Positions 39,319 through 49,524 of a stretch of DNA of 64,000 nucleotides are shown here, piece after piece. The notes under the pieces were generated by a model. It had not been told where the DNA came from and did not search any database. It saw only the letters and a program-made list of their open reading frames with translations. A program made the translations under genes and the position numbers. Source of the DNA: a bacterium (GTDB lineage: Bacteria; Electryoneota; AABM5-125-24; Hatepunaeales; Hatepunaeaceae); NCBI GenBank assembly GCA_021734165.1, contig JAIPJL010000001.1, forward strand, positions 8,792 to 72,791. The letters run 5' to 3'. Within the stretch, counting starts at the first letter, position 1. Each line of letters begins with the position of its first letter.

Positions 39319-41823
39319 ATGAACACAATTCAGGGTGAAAACGTAAAACCGCGCTCTATTGAAGATGAGATGCGCGACAGTTATCTTGACTATTCGATGT
39401 CGGTTATCGTTCAACGTGCGCTGCCGGATGTGAGAGATGGTCTAAAGCCGGTTCACCGGAGAATACTCTTCGGAATGAATGAACTGGGTCTTAATGCGGG
39501 TAAACCGTACAAAAAATCTGCACGTATCGTCGGTGATGTGATGGGTAAGTATCATCCTCACGGTGATTCAGCAATTTATGACGCTCTGGTCAGGATGGTG
39601 CAGCCGTTCTCGCTCAGGTATCCTTTGGTTAATGGTCAAGGCAACTTTGGCTCAATCGACGGTGACGGCGCAGCGGCAATGCGATATACTGAAGCGCGGA
39701 TGCAGAAGATTTCCGAGGAACTGCTTACTGATATTGATAAAGAGACCGTTGATTATATCCCAAATTATGACGATTCGCTTCGTGAACCCTCTGTTCTGCC
39801 TTCACGTATTCCTAACCTGCTGGTCAACGGTTCCAGCGGTATTGCTGTCGGTATGGCGACCAATATCCCGCCTCACAACCTGTGCGAGATCGTTGATGCA
39901 TTAACTGCTATCATCGGCAATCCGGAAATTACGATTGATGAACTGATGCACTACATTCAGGGTCCCGATTTTCCGACAGGTGGGATTATTTACGGAATAT
40001 CGGGAGTAAGAGAGGGATTGAAAACAGGACGCGGCAGAGTGATTGTCAGGGCTCGCGCAGTTGTTGAAACTCCCAAGCAAGGGCGAGATCGAATTGTTGT
40101 TATCGAGCTTCCTTATCAGGTAAACAAATCGCGGCTTATCGAACGTATCGCAGAGCTTGTAAATGAGAAGAAAATCGTTGGTATTGCCGATATTCGCGAT
40201 GAGTCTGACCGTGATGGTATGCGGCTCGTAATAGAATTAAAACGTGAAGCTGTACCGGAAGTGGTACTGAATAACCTGTATGCTCATACCGCCCTTCAAA
40301 CCACATTCGGTGTGAATATGCTGGCGCTGGTGGGTGGTGTGCCGAAGCTGCTGAATATTAAAGATGCTTTATATCACTATCTTGAACATCGTCACGAGGT
40401 AGTTACTCGCCGAACTAACTACGATCTTGCCAGAGCAAAAGAGCGGGAGCATATCTTTGAAGGACTGAAAATTGCAGTCGATAACATTGATGAAGTGATC
40501 GCAATCATTCGCTCCTCAGAAGACACATCCCATGCGCGCGACAGGTTGATAGAACGATTTGGACTTTCCGAGATACAAGCCAAAGAGATCCTTGACATGC
40601 GCCTTGCCAGGCTGACCGGTCTGGAACGACAGAAAATCATCGATGAACTTAAAATGCTTAAAGAGCTGATCTTTGAGTTGAATGAAATACTTGCCAGCAA
40701 AGAAAAAAGGATGGAAATCGTAAAAGACGAATTGATCCAGATTAAAGAGCTTTATGGTGATGAAAGACGTACGGAGTTGGTTGCGGACGCCGGAGAATTT
40801 ACCATCGAGGATATGATCGCTGAGGAGGATATGGTTATATCGGTAACTCGCGCCGGTTATATCAAACGTTTCCCGGTATCTGGTTATCGACGTCAAAAAC
40901 GCGGCGGTACAGGAATGTCCGGCCATATTCCCAAACAGGAAGATATTATCAAGCACCTGTTTGTAGCGTCAACACATGATTATCTGCTTTTCTTTTCCAA
41001 CCGAGGTCAGTGCTACTGGCTTAAAGTACACGAGATTCCTGCTTTGGGTCGTGCAGCGCGAGGTAAACCCGTGATTAACCTTTTGCAGATTGCTGAAGGG
41101 GAGAAGATCGCTGCAATGGTGAAGGTTTCAGAATTCGATGATGATAATTATGTGTTTTTCGCCACACGTAAAGGCATCATTAAGAAGACACCGCTCTCGG
41201 CTTTCAGTCATCCCAGTAAACGCGGTATTATAGCGATCAATATAGGAGATGATGATGAGCTTTGCTCTGCAGATCTGACTGATGGAACCTGTGATATCGT
41301 CATCGGTTCTTCCGGTGGTAAAGCGGTCAGATGTAACGAAAAAGACATCCGCCCGATGGGTAGAAATGCTGCCGGCGTCATCGGCATCAAAATGGAAAAA
41401 AATCAGAAACTTGTCGGTATGGTGGTGATGAGACGAGAGGGTACGCTTCTTGTTGCGACAGAGAACGGATATGGTAAACGGTCATCTATCAACGAATACA
41501 GACTGACCCGACGCGGCGCGCAGGGTGTAATTGCGATGAGAACTTCTGAGCGTACGGGAGCTATGGTTGCTATTATGGAAGTAGTGGATTCGGATGATCT
41601 GCTTATTATGACGTCTTCCGGCAAGGTAATTCGTCAACAGGTCTCAGCGATTCGGACCATTGGCAGGGTTACTCAGGGCGTGAGATTAATTCGGCTTCAC
41701 GAAGCAGATCTAATCTCAGATATTGCTAAGGTCGTTCGTGATGAAGATGATGATGAGAATGATCAGATCACTGATGAAATTGATGAAAATCAACAGGAAT
41801 TCTTCGAAAATAACAATGATTAA
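39319..41823 (+). CDS. gyrA: DNA gyrase subunit A
   Basis: [29 protein letters not shown] and GyrA-box QKRGGTG. Confidence 0.98.
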   Translation: MNTIQGENVKPRSIEDEMRDSYLDYSMSVIVQRALPDVRDGLKPVHRRILFGMNELGLNAGKPYKKSARIVGDVMGKYHPHGDSAIYDALVRMVQPFSLRYPLVNGQGNFGSIDGDGAAAMRYTEARMQKISEELLTDIDKETVDYIPNYDDSLREPSVLPSRIPNLLVNGSSGIAVGMATNIPPHNLCEIVDALTAIIGNPEITIDELMHYIQGPDFPTGGIIYGISGVREGLKTGRGRVIVRARAVVETPKQGRDRIVVIELPYQVNKSRLIERIAELVNEKKIVGIADIRDESDRDGMRLVIELKREAVPEVVLNNLYAHTALQTTFGVNMLALVGGVPKLLNIKDALYHYLEHRHEVVTRRTNYDLARAKEREHIFEGLKIAVDNIDEVIAIIRSSEDTSHARDRLIERFGLSEIQAKEILDMRLARLTGLERQKIIDELKMLKELIFELNEILASKEKRMEIVKDELIQIKELYGDERRTELVADAGEFTIEDMIAEEDMVISVTRAGYIKRFPVSGYRRQKRGGTGMSGHIPKQEDIIKHLFVASTHDYLLFFSNRGQCYWLKVHEIPALGRAARGKPVINLLQIAEGEKIAAMVKVSEFDDDNYVFFATRKGIIKKTPLSAFSHPSKRGIIAINIGDDDELCSADLTDGTCDIVIGSSGGKAVRCNEKDIRPMGRNAAGVIGIKMEKNQKLVGMVVMRREGTLLVATENGYGKRSSINEYRLTRRGAQGVIAMRTSERTGAMVAIMEVVDSDDLLIMTSSGKVIRQQVSAIRTIGRVTQGVRLIRLHEADLISDIAKVVRDEDDDENDQITDEIDENQQEFFENNND

Positions 41824-41839
41824 CTAAAGAGAGCGAGAC

Positions 41840-42475
41840 ATGCCTCGTATTTCAGATTCTACCATACACAGATTGTCAAGGTACTACAGAACGCTTAAAT
41901 ATATGCATGATAAAGGTTCTCAGACAATCTCCTCAAACATTCTTGCTCAGCAGAATGACGTCACCGCTGCTCAGGTTCGTAAGGACCTTTCTTGTTTTGG
42001 AGCATTTGGCAGGAGAGGTCTGGGCTATGATATAGTTGATCTGAAGCGGAATATTGCTCGGATAATGGGACTCGATCGCACCTGGAAGGTTGCGCTCTGC
42101 GGAGTTGGAAACATCGGACGAGCGCTTATTGATTATGACCAGTTTAGAGTACAGGGCTTTCAGATTACGGTTGCGTTTGATTCCGATCCGGGGAAGATCG
42201 GGAAGGTCATTCATGGCGTTGTGATTCGAAATGAAGCCAATCTGGAGCGTGACGTCAGGGACGAGAAGGTCGAGATCGGAGTGGTGTCTGTACCGGTTTC
42301 ATCGGCTCAATCGATTGTAGATAGATTGGTTGCGGGTGGCGTCAGAGGTATTTTAAACTTTGCGCCTATTAATATTAAAGTTCCTAAAAATGTGTTCGTC
42401 AGGAACGAGAACATGGCTATTGAGATCGAAGCGCTCTCCTTTGCTTTGACGAATCCGAAAATGGTTCAGTATTAA
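41840..42475 (+). CDS. rex: Redox-sensing transcriptional repressor Rex
   Basis: RLSRYYR, QVRKDLS.FG.FG.RG.GY, GVGNIG, ILNFAP. Confidence 0.95.
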   Translation: MPRISDSTIHRLSRYYRTLKYMHDKGSQTISSNILAQQNDVTAAQVRKDLSCFGAFGRRGLGYDIVDLKRNIARIMGLDRTWKVALCGVGNIGRALIDYDQFRVQGFQITVAFDSDPGKIGKVIHGVVIRNEANLERDVRDEKVEIGVVSVPVSSAQSIVDRLVAGGVRGILNFAPINIKVPKNVFVRNENMAIEIEALSFALTNPKMVQY

Positions 42476-42486
42476 GAACGGTATTT

Positions 42487-43995
42487 ATGAGTCTCACAAT
42501 AAAACGAAACCACGCAATAGCAACCCTGCTGGCGTCGATTATCTTGCTTTTATGCAACTCATTGTATGCAAAAGAGTTGACCATCCTCTACTGGGGCGAC
42601 AGGTTTTCCCGTAATCTGCCTTATCAGGGAACAATTGATAATAACACTTATAAGTTTGGCGGCGCAGGGACACTTTCCGCAATGGTCAAAACAATAAAGA
42701 AAGATAACCTAAGCTGTCTGACGCTGGTTGCTGGAGGGGAGTTTTCCGGAGCGCCTATATCACCCCTTACAAATGGTGCTTCCCAGGTTGAAATATTGAA
42801 TGCCATTGGAATTAATGGTTTCGTGCCTGGCATACACGAGTTTGATTACGGCTGGGAATCGCTGCGAACAGTAATGAAAGAGGCGGATTTTCCCGTTTAT
42901 CTTGCGAATGTGATTGTGCGGGATAATTTTCAGCCGATGTTTGTTCCTGATACGATTATCTACTTACCGGGGATAATGGTAGGAATGTGCGGATTAATCG
43001 ATCCGGATTTTAAAAACTCACAGAATCTTGAGGGTGTGCTGGGGATTGAGGCTTCTGATGCAATAACAGAAGCGAGGGCATTTATCAAAAGAAGGCAGGC
43101 TGAATGTGATCTGATGATTGTTTTATCAAGTCTTGGCTGGAGTAATGATAGCCTTCTTGCAGCGAATGTGAACGGCATTGATGTTATCATCGGCAGCGGA
43201 AGCGACTATCCTTATGATCCACCCCGTAAGATTAATAATGTGATAATTGCCTGCGCCGGCTCGCTGGGACGATGGTTAGGCAGGCTTGCTCTTGATGTGG
43301 ATACTCTCGGCAACGGCGTGAATATGTACAGGAATGATATAATTTTATTAGATACTGCAACTGTACCGCCGGACGAAAAGGTTGACAAGTTGGCTCGGAA
43401 ATTAGAGAAAAAACACACTAAAATATTAGAGCGCGAGATCGGCAGGCTGCAGACCGATTGGAATCACGAGGTTAATAAACCGTGTAATCTTGCGCAGTGG
43501 ACAGCCGACGCTATGCGTACTTACATCATGGATGCTGTAACGTCAAGGGTGCATCTTTCGGTTGTGAACAACGGAAGTCTCCAGCGGGGGCAGCAGCGGG
43601 GGATATTGCTTGAGAGGGACATTTGGGAGATATGTCCTTACGATTATCCGATCATGATCTTTCAGTTGTCCGGCGAGGAACTGCTGAATATCGTAAAAAG
43701 GCAGATTAAATCCAAGGGTGAATTCCTGACCTGGAGTGGACTTCGGTTTAAAGTTTCAGGAAACAAGATTGAGGAGTTTTACGTCGGTCAGCAGAAAGTA
43801 TCACCTATGGACGAGTATTCGGTTGTATCGACTGGTTATATCTGGCAGCATTTTGAGGAGTATTTCGGTATCGAGCGCGGTGAAAGACCCTTATTTTATC
43901 CGCCGGACGCAAATCAGCGTAGTGTGATGATAAATGCAGTTGAAAAGCAGAAGATAATCACCGCGCCGTTAGACGATAGATGGGAGATAAAGTAG
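42487..43995 (+). CDS. Exported 5'-nucleotidase-fold protein with degenerate metal ligands
   Basis: HEFDYG, LANV, ADAMR, N.G..R and PY motifs present; DxH, GD, GNH and HxH ligands substituted. Confidence 0.8.
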   Translation: MSLTIKRNHAIATLLASIILLLCNSLYAKELTILYWGDRFSRNLPYQGTIDNNTYKFGGAGTLSAMVKTIKKDNLSCLTLVAGGEFSGAPISPLTNGASQVEILNAIGINGFVPGIHEFDYGWESLRTVMKEADFPVYLANVIVRDNFQPMFVPDTIIYLPGIMVGMCGLIDPDFKNSQNLEGVLGIEASDAITEARAFIKRRQAECDLMIVLSSLGWSNDSLLAANVNGIDVIIGSGSDYPYDPPRKINNVIIACAGSLGRWLGRLALDVDTLGNGVNMYRNDIILLDTATVPPDEKVDKLARKLEKKHTKILEREIGRLQTDWNHEVNKPCNLAQWTADAMRTYIMDAVTSRVHLSVVNNGSLQRGQQRGILLERDIWEICPYDYPIMIFQLSGEELLNIVKRQIKSKGEFLTWSGLRFKVSGNKIEEFYVGQQKVSPMDEYSVVSTGYIWQHFEEYFGIERGERPLFYPPDANQRSVMINAVEKQKIITAPLDDRWEIK

Positions 43996-44246
43996 GACAA
44001 ACATTCCTGTTTGTCATCTAACTTTGGGGAGCGCGATACTTGTCCGCCTCTGGCGGATTCTTACCGGCGAACCTTATTTGTTACTTACAACCCGAACAAT
44101 TAGTAAGTCCAACGTTGTCATCCCCTTGTAGAAGGGGATCCAGACAAGCCTGATTTGTTAGAGTGCTAAAACAATCGGCGAGTACACGACACCACTGATT
44201 TACCATTATCGGAGATGCTCCTGCAAAGGAAGGGCTATAAAAATAC

Positions 44247-44380
44247 CGTCACCTTTCGTCACATTTCCGTCACGCCATCTAACCCCTATCCGGCGGGACT
44301 TAACGGTGAATATGTGACGATGTGACGATAATTTTATATACACTTGGCGGCAATATACGATAATATGAGTCAAAATGCAA
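44247..44380 (-). repeat. Dispersed CGTCAC-box element, copy 3 (with promoter)
   Basis: CGTCAC at 44247, 44257, 44268; 40-nt spacer; GTGACG at 44314, 44322; minus-strand TTGCAT-N17-TATATT at 44380-44352. Confidence 0.9.
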
Positions 44381-44452
44381 CCATAAATGGTAAATACAAG
44401 AGGTTTGTAGAAAATAAACAACAACGACGTACTAACGCCTTTCATTGAGCCC

Positions 44453-45400
44453 GTGTCCGCCGAGTTTGACCGGTTTCGGGAGCAATATAAGCAAACGCTG
44501 ACCAGCGGACTGTTTGTCATCGACCGGGTGGTGTCATATCTCTGTCGTTCGCATGGCAAGGGACTCAGACCTGTTCTCGCTCTGCTCTGCGCAAGACTGG
44601 GTGATAATGGCGTCAGCGATTCGGCGATCAAAGCTGCGGTGATTGTTGAACTTCTTCATGAAGCGACTTTGGTGCATGATGATGTGGTGGATGAATCAGC
44701 ACAAAGACGCGGATTTCCGTCGTTGTCGTCGCGTTTCAAGAATAAAGTTTCGGTGCTGTTCGGTGATTACATGCTGGCAAGTGTGTTGAGCGAAACTCTT
44801 GAAGCGAGAGACTTGAAATGGCTGGATATACTGGCAGAGACTTCACGGAGGCTGGCAAAAGGCGAGCTGGTTCAGGCTGCAAGAGCTCGCAAGCTTGATA
44901 TGGACGAGACGGATTATTTGACTATGATAGGTGATAAAACGGCAGCCCTGTTCAACGCTTCCTGCCGGTTGGGTGGACTCACCGGAGGACTTGCCGATCC
45001 GCAGATAGCAGCGCTTGGAATTTACGGTGAGAATCTGGGGATCGCCTTCCAGATCAAGGATGATATGCTTGATCTGTTCGGGAATGGAGCCCGACTTGGT
45101 AAGCCAACAGGTGGTGATCTGAAAGAACGCAAGTTGACTTTACCGTTGTTGTCGGCGTTGTCGAAAGTCAATAAACGTGAAGCAAGACGCATAAAGGCTC
45201 GCATCAAAAGAGGCGTGAAACGCCCGGAAATAAAGATGATCACCAATTTCATTCAGGATAACGGCGGTGATGTTTACGCAACGGAAGTAATGAATAAACA
45301 TGCCTCAGAAGCTGTCCGGGCTTTGGAAGCGTTGCCGGAAACTCCGATCCGGACAAAGCTTGAAGAACTTGGTGAATTTGTGGTTAAGCGAGGAAAATAA
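44453..45400 (+). CDS. Polyprenyl diphosphate synthase (IspB/HepT-like)
   Basis: GKGLRP, LVHDDVVD...RRG, GDY, KTAALF, AFQIKDD, GKPTGGDL. Confidence 0.93.
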   Translation: MSAEFDRFREQYKQTLTSGLFVIDRVVSYLCRSHGKGLRPVLALLCARLGDNGVSDSAIKAAVIVELLHEATLVHDDVVDESAQRRGFPSLSSRFKNKVSVLFGDYMLASVLSETLEARDLKWLDILAETSRRLAKGELVQAARARKLDMDETDYLTMIGDKTAALFNASCRLGGLTGGLADPQIAALGIYGENLGIAFQIKDDMLDLFGNGARLGKPTGGDLKERKLTLPLLSALSKVNKREARRIKARIKRGVKRPEIKMITNFIQDNGGDVYATEVMNKHASEAVRALEALPETPIRTKLEELGEFVVKRGK

Positions 45401-45401
45401 C

Positions 45402-46400
45402 ATGCAAAGAAAAATAATTATCTTTGTTTTAATTTCAGCTTTAGTAATATGTTATGGATGCGGCAGTGATAAACCGTTGAAAATAACAAAAGAGAGCGCC
45501 GGTGTTACGGTTGAGATTGAAACGGTAGCGGGTGAATTGGGACGTGGAGAATGCTCGAAGCTTATGAAAAAAGCTGCCGATGTATTTGATCAGCGTATAA
45601 AGCTTGGATTTGGAAAGAATAATGTTATTGAAAAACTTAATACTGAAAGAGAAGTCAGTGACATACCGGACGAAATGATTGAATTCTTCGAGCGTATTGA
45701 CCAACTTAGGCAAAGAACAAATAAAGCATGGTATCCGGCAACCGGTAAAATTCATGAATCATGGAACTCCTTAGACAGCGACGCTTTAGAACCTTTGCCA
45801 GAAGACCTTTCCATAGCCTGTGTTCAGGCACAAAGCACAGGAATAAGACTGCCTATGGGTAATAAAGCAATCTTGCATGGTGAGGGTTTGCTTTCTTTGG
45901 ATTATGCTCTGGTCGGCTGGTCAGTTGATGGCGCTGCGGAGGTTTTAAAGGTTGGTGGTGTTCCGGCGGCGTTTATTAAAGCCGGTGAAGTTTACCGGTT
46001 TTGGGGGCAGCCAGCGATGGACAGCCTTTGGACTTTCAGAATAATCGCATTTCCTGATACATCGATTTATGAACTTATACCTGATGCAGGCGGTTTATGT
46101 AGGATTATAAATTATGATACTTCTATAGACTACAAGGATATTTTGAATCTGAACGAATACAATCCACAAACTGGTTATCCTGCCGTGAATGAACTTACAA
46201 GCCTTTCAGCCTGGGGATCAGACGCCATTTCAGCCTGTATTTATGCTGAAGCAGCGAATGTGATGAGCAGGCTTGAGATGCTGAAATGGGCTAATGAGCA
46301 CGATTCGGTTTCGGTGTTTATTATTCATGATGATCTTGAAGGCGCAGTTGCGGAAAGTGACAATCGCATGTCACCATGGGTCTCGATGTATCTGCCATGA
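45402..46400 (+). CDS. ApbE-like (FAD:protein FMN transferase fold) lipoprotein, degenerate
   Basis: Lipobox-like YGC; GWSVD, AGE and NPQTGYP are weak matches to ApbE motifs. Confidence 0.65.
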   Translation: MQRKIIIFVLISALVICYGCGSDKPLKITKESAGVTVEIETVAGELGRGECSKLMKKAADVFDQRIKLGFGKNNVIEKLNTEREVSDIPDEMIEFFERIDQLRQRTNKAWYPATGKIHESWNSLDSDALEPLPEDLSIACVQAQSTGIRLPMGNKAILHGEGLLSLDYALVGWSVDGAAEVLKVGGVPAAFIKAGEVYRFWGQPAMDSLWTFRIIAFPDTSIYELIPDAGGLCRIINYDTSIDYKDILNLNEYNPQTGYPAVNELTSLSAWGSDAISACIYAEAANVMSRLEMLKWANEHDSVSVFIIHDDLEGAVAESDNRMSPWVSMYLP

Positions 46401-47452
46401 GGAAGTTTCTGGTTAAACCTGAAAAAGTTCTTATTATTCGTTTAGGCTCACTTGGCGATATTGTTCTTACTACTTTGCTGATCCGCTGCTTGCGAAAAAA
46501 ACTGCCAGATGCAATTATTGATATGATCACTAAAGAGCAGTATTTTCCACTGCTTGAAGTGATGGATTATATAGATGATAAATGGGTATATTCCAAGGAT
46601 TTCATTAAAATACGTTCTTTGAAGAAAGAACTTGGGACCAGAAATTACGATACAGTAATCGATTTGCAGAATAACTACGTCAGCCGTCAATTGACAAAAA
46701 CAATAAAACCACAGCGAGTTTTTCGTTATCGACGTTCAAGAATCAACCGGTGGATCAGGATTCGTATTCCATCGTATCGTAAGAAATTGACCATACCTAA
46801 TCATGTAGCAATCGGTTATTTTAATACGGTCAGCAGAATAGGTGTAATTGATGACGGCAGAGGGCTTGAGCTTAATATTACGAATGACTTCCTAAAAGGT
46901 GCGGAAGAACTACTGAATGACTTTATTGGTGAAACGGGTTTTCAGGACAAAATCTCAACGTTGATATTTGCTCCTGGCGCGCGTCATAATACGAAGATGT
47001 GGCCGAAAGAGCGCTGGGTCGAACTGATGAATTTGGCGTATAATGATGGTTTTAAGCAGCAGGTATTAATAGGTAGTGCATCCGAAAGGAGCTTGTTACA
47101 ATCAATTACTGATCAGCTTGAGTTTCCGGTTTTAAACACAGCCGGTAAAACCGGAATTGGTGAAATGGCTGCTATAATTTCCATGGGAAACGCTTTAATA
47201 ACAAACGACAGCGCACCCATGCACATAGCATCCGCAGTCGGAACGCCTATAGTTGCAATATATGGATCAACTGTGCCGGAGTTTGGTTTTACACCGTTTC
47301 GCTGTAAGAGTGAGATTGTACAAGTCAAAGATGATTTAGTTTGCAGACCATGCCATCCACATGGCAAGAAGAAATGCCCAAGAGGACATTTCAATTGTAT
47401 GTATGATATTGATGCAGGTGTAGTGTTTTCAAAACTGAAAAAACTGATTTAA
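46397..47452 (+). CDS. GT9 family LPS heptosyltransferase
   Basis: IRLGSLGDIVLT, IDLQ, APGA...K.WP, NDSAPMHIA, CRPC. Confidence 0.9.
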   Translation: MRKFLVKPEKVLIIRLGSLGDIVLTTLLIRCLRKKLPDAIIDMITKEQYFPLLEVMDYIDDKWVYSKDFIKIRSLKKELGTRNYDTVIDLQNNYVSRQLTKTIKPQRVFRYRRSRINRWIRIRIPSYRKKLTIPNHVAIGYFNTVSRIGVIDDGRGLELNITNDFLKGAEELLNDFIGETGFQDKISTLIFAPGARHNTKMWPKERWVELMNLAYNDGFKQQVLIGSASERSLLQSITDQLEFPVLNTAGKTGIGEMAAIISMGNALITNDSAPMHIASAVGTPIVAIYGSTVPEFGFTPFRCKSEIVQVKDDLVCRPCHPHGKKKCPRGHFNCMYDIDAGVVFSKLKKLI

Positions 47453-47519
47453 TCAGAAAGCATCTTACGAAGCTAAGATAACTATAGATTTTATTAAACT
47501 ATCCTAATACGAGTTAAAT

Positions 47520-48827
47520 TTGAAACAAAATTCTATTAACCAATCTGTAATACGCGGCGGCTTATGGTTTAACCTCTATGATGTCGTGTATAGAATTGGG
47601 CTATTTCTGGCAATTTTGACTTCTTTTTTCAATAATAAATTAAAGAAGTCATTGCAAGGTCGCAAGGGTGGTGTGGATAATTGGATTATCGGCAAAACCG
47701 ATGACCGTCCGACTATTCTGATACATGCCGCATCATACGGTGAATTTGAGGGCGTTATTCCTTTAATTGAGCTCCTGAGTGATTCAGGTAAATGCCAGGT
47801 TGCGGTTTCGTTCTCATCACCTTCAGCAGAAAAAACTGTCAGCAGTACAAAAGGAATCATTGCGAGAGGTTATCTTCCGCATGATTTACTTTATGAACAA
47901 TTGAGGTTGCTTGAACGCCTGAATCCGTCGGTTGTACTGGTATCAAAACATGATTTTTGGCCCAATCTGATTAGAGCAGCAAAGGCTTTGGATATTCCGG
48001 TAATAATTATTAACGGGAATTTCCATATTCGTACAAAGCGTCTTTTACCTGTTATCAGGTCATTTCATCGTTCTTTTATGAAGTATATCAAGGCTGTCTG
48101 GACTGTTTCCGAAGCAGACTCAGTTCGTGTGGAAAGAATACTTTCCGGCGTTACGGAGCTGCGAGCTTTGGGAGATACACGCTTTGACAGAGTCAGGCAG
48201 CGGGCTGAACAGGGTAAAAAACGGTTTTCAGAATTGAAGAAAGCGCTTCAATCAGAACATGTTTTAATCGCGGGCAGCGTCTGGCAGCCTGACGAGAAGA
48301 TTTGTTGGGATGCTTACAAGTCGATAGTCAAAGATTTTTCTGACGTCAAATTAGTGATTGTCCCGCATGAACCCACTGAAGAAGCTCTTCGAAGAAATAA
48401 AATGGCTGCAGAAGAGCGAGGGCTGTCGATCTCATTGTTTTCTGATTGGGATGGTGGTGAAATTGAAAGTCAGACATTACTTGTTAATGAAATGGGAGTC
48501 TTGGCTGACTTGTACACAGTTGGCTGGGCAGCTTATGTCGGAGGAGGGTTTGGTGTAGGGGTGCACAGCGTTATTGAACCAGCGGCGCATGGGATTCCAG
48601 TAGTTTTTGGACCAAACCACTATGTTTCGTATGAAGCTGGATTGTTGATCAATAACGGTGGGGGATTTGTTATCCGAAAACGCGAAGATATCGAAAATCT
48701 CTGGAGAGAATGGCTTAAAAACACTGAAGGTTATGACAGGGCGAGCAATGCTGCATCAGAAGTTGTGAAGTCGAGAGAAGGAGTAACAAAGCATATTGCT
48801 GAAATGCTGTCTCCATACATCGGATAA
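47520..48827 (+). CDS. waaA: Kdo transferase
   Basis: HAASYGE, SFSSPS, WPN, GDTRFD, VPHE, MGVL, YVGG, EPAAHG, GPN. Confidence 0.9.
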   Translation: MKQNSINQSVIRGGLWFNLYDVVYRIGLFLAILTSFFNNKLKKSLQGRKGGVDNWIIGKTDDRPTILIHAASYGEFEGVIPLIELLSDSGKCQVAVSFSSPSAEKTVSSTKGIIARGYLPHDLLYEQLRLLERLNPSVVLVSKHDFWPNLIRAAKALDIPVIIINGNFHIRTKRLLPVIRSFHRSFMKYIKAVWTVSEADSVRVERILSGVTELRALGDTRFDRVRQRAEQGKKRFSELKKALQSEHVLIAGSVWQPDEKICWDAYKSIVKDFSDVKLVIVPHEPTEEALRRNKMAAEERGLSISLFSDWDGGEIESQTLLVNEMGVLADLYTVGWAAYVGGGFGVGVHSVIEPAAHGIPVVFGPNHYVSYEAGLLINNGGGFVIRKREDIENLWREWLKNTEGYDRASNAASEVVKSREGVTKHIAEMLSPYIG

Positions 48828-48830
48828 AAT

Positions 48831-49475
48831 GTGACAGTTTTTGAATTAAAGAATATATCTTTTAGTTATCCGAATTCATCGAACTTAATTCTGAAAAATG
48901 TATCAATGAAACTTGAAACAGGTCGGATTGTTACTTTAACCGGTAAGAATGGAAGTGGAAAGAGCACTTTATCTCACATTGCTGCCGGATTGTTGAAACC
49001 GACCGCGGGAAGTATTGAAATTAAGGACATTCCAGCAGAATATGAAGGTATTCAAGCAGGTCTTGTTTTTCAGAATCCAGATGAGCAATTGTTAAACGCT
49101 GATGTAGAAAGCGAGATTGCCTATGGATTGGAAAATCTGAATATGCCGATTGACGAGATGAAAGCAAGAGTTAATGAAACGCTTGATATATTTAACCTTA
49201 AAAAATTCTCGCAACACTCACCTGATTCACTTAGTGACGGCTGGAAACAGATAACCGCAATAGCGGCTGTTATTGCGATGAAACCGATGTTTTTAATTCT
49301 TGATGAAGTGACGGCTTTTCTTGATCCTTACTGGACGGAGAGAATAAAAGAGATCGTAAAGGAATTGTCAAAACAGATTGGTGTTCTCTGGATAACCTCA
49401 TCAACGAGACAAGTAATTTGGCAGGATGAAATCCTGTCATTGCAAAATGGATTGATAATAAGACAGGAAGCGTAA
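48831..49475 (+). CDS. ECF-type ABC ATPase (EcfA/CbiO-like), atypical motifs
   Basis: GKNGSGKST, VFQNPDEQ, EIAYGLEN; signature LSDGWKQ; H-loop reads ITSS. Confidence 0.82.
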   Translation: MTVFELKNISFSYPNSSNLILKNVSMKLETGRIVTLTGKNGSGKSTLSHIAAGLLKPTAGSIEIKDIPAEYEGIQAGLVFQNPDEQLLNADVESEIAYGLENLNMPIDEMKARVNETLDIFNLKKFSQHSPDSLSDGWKQITAIAAVIAMKPMFLILDEVTAFLDPYWTERIKEIVKELSKQIGVLWITSSTRQVIWQDEILSLQNGLIIRQEA

Positions 49476-49524
49476 AACCTTAGTTAGGTTATGCAGTTAA
49501 GTATTTAAAACTAAACAGATTAAC

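Noticed and set aside
44143..44169. CIRCE element (GAGTGCTAA)
   Set aside because: Only the right half is present; no TTAGCACTC arm and no chaperone gene
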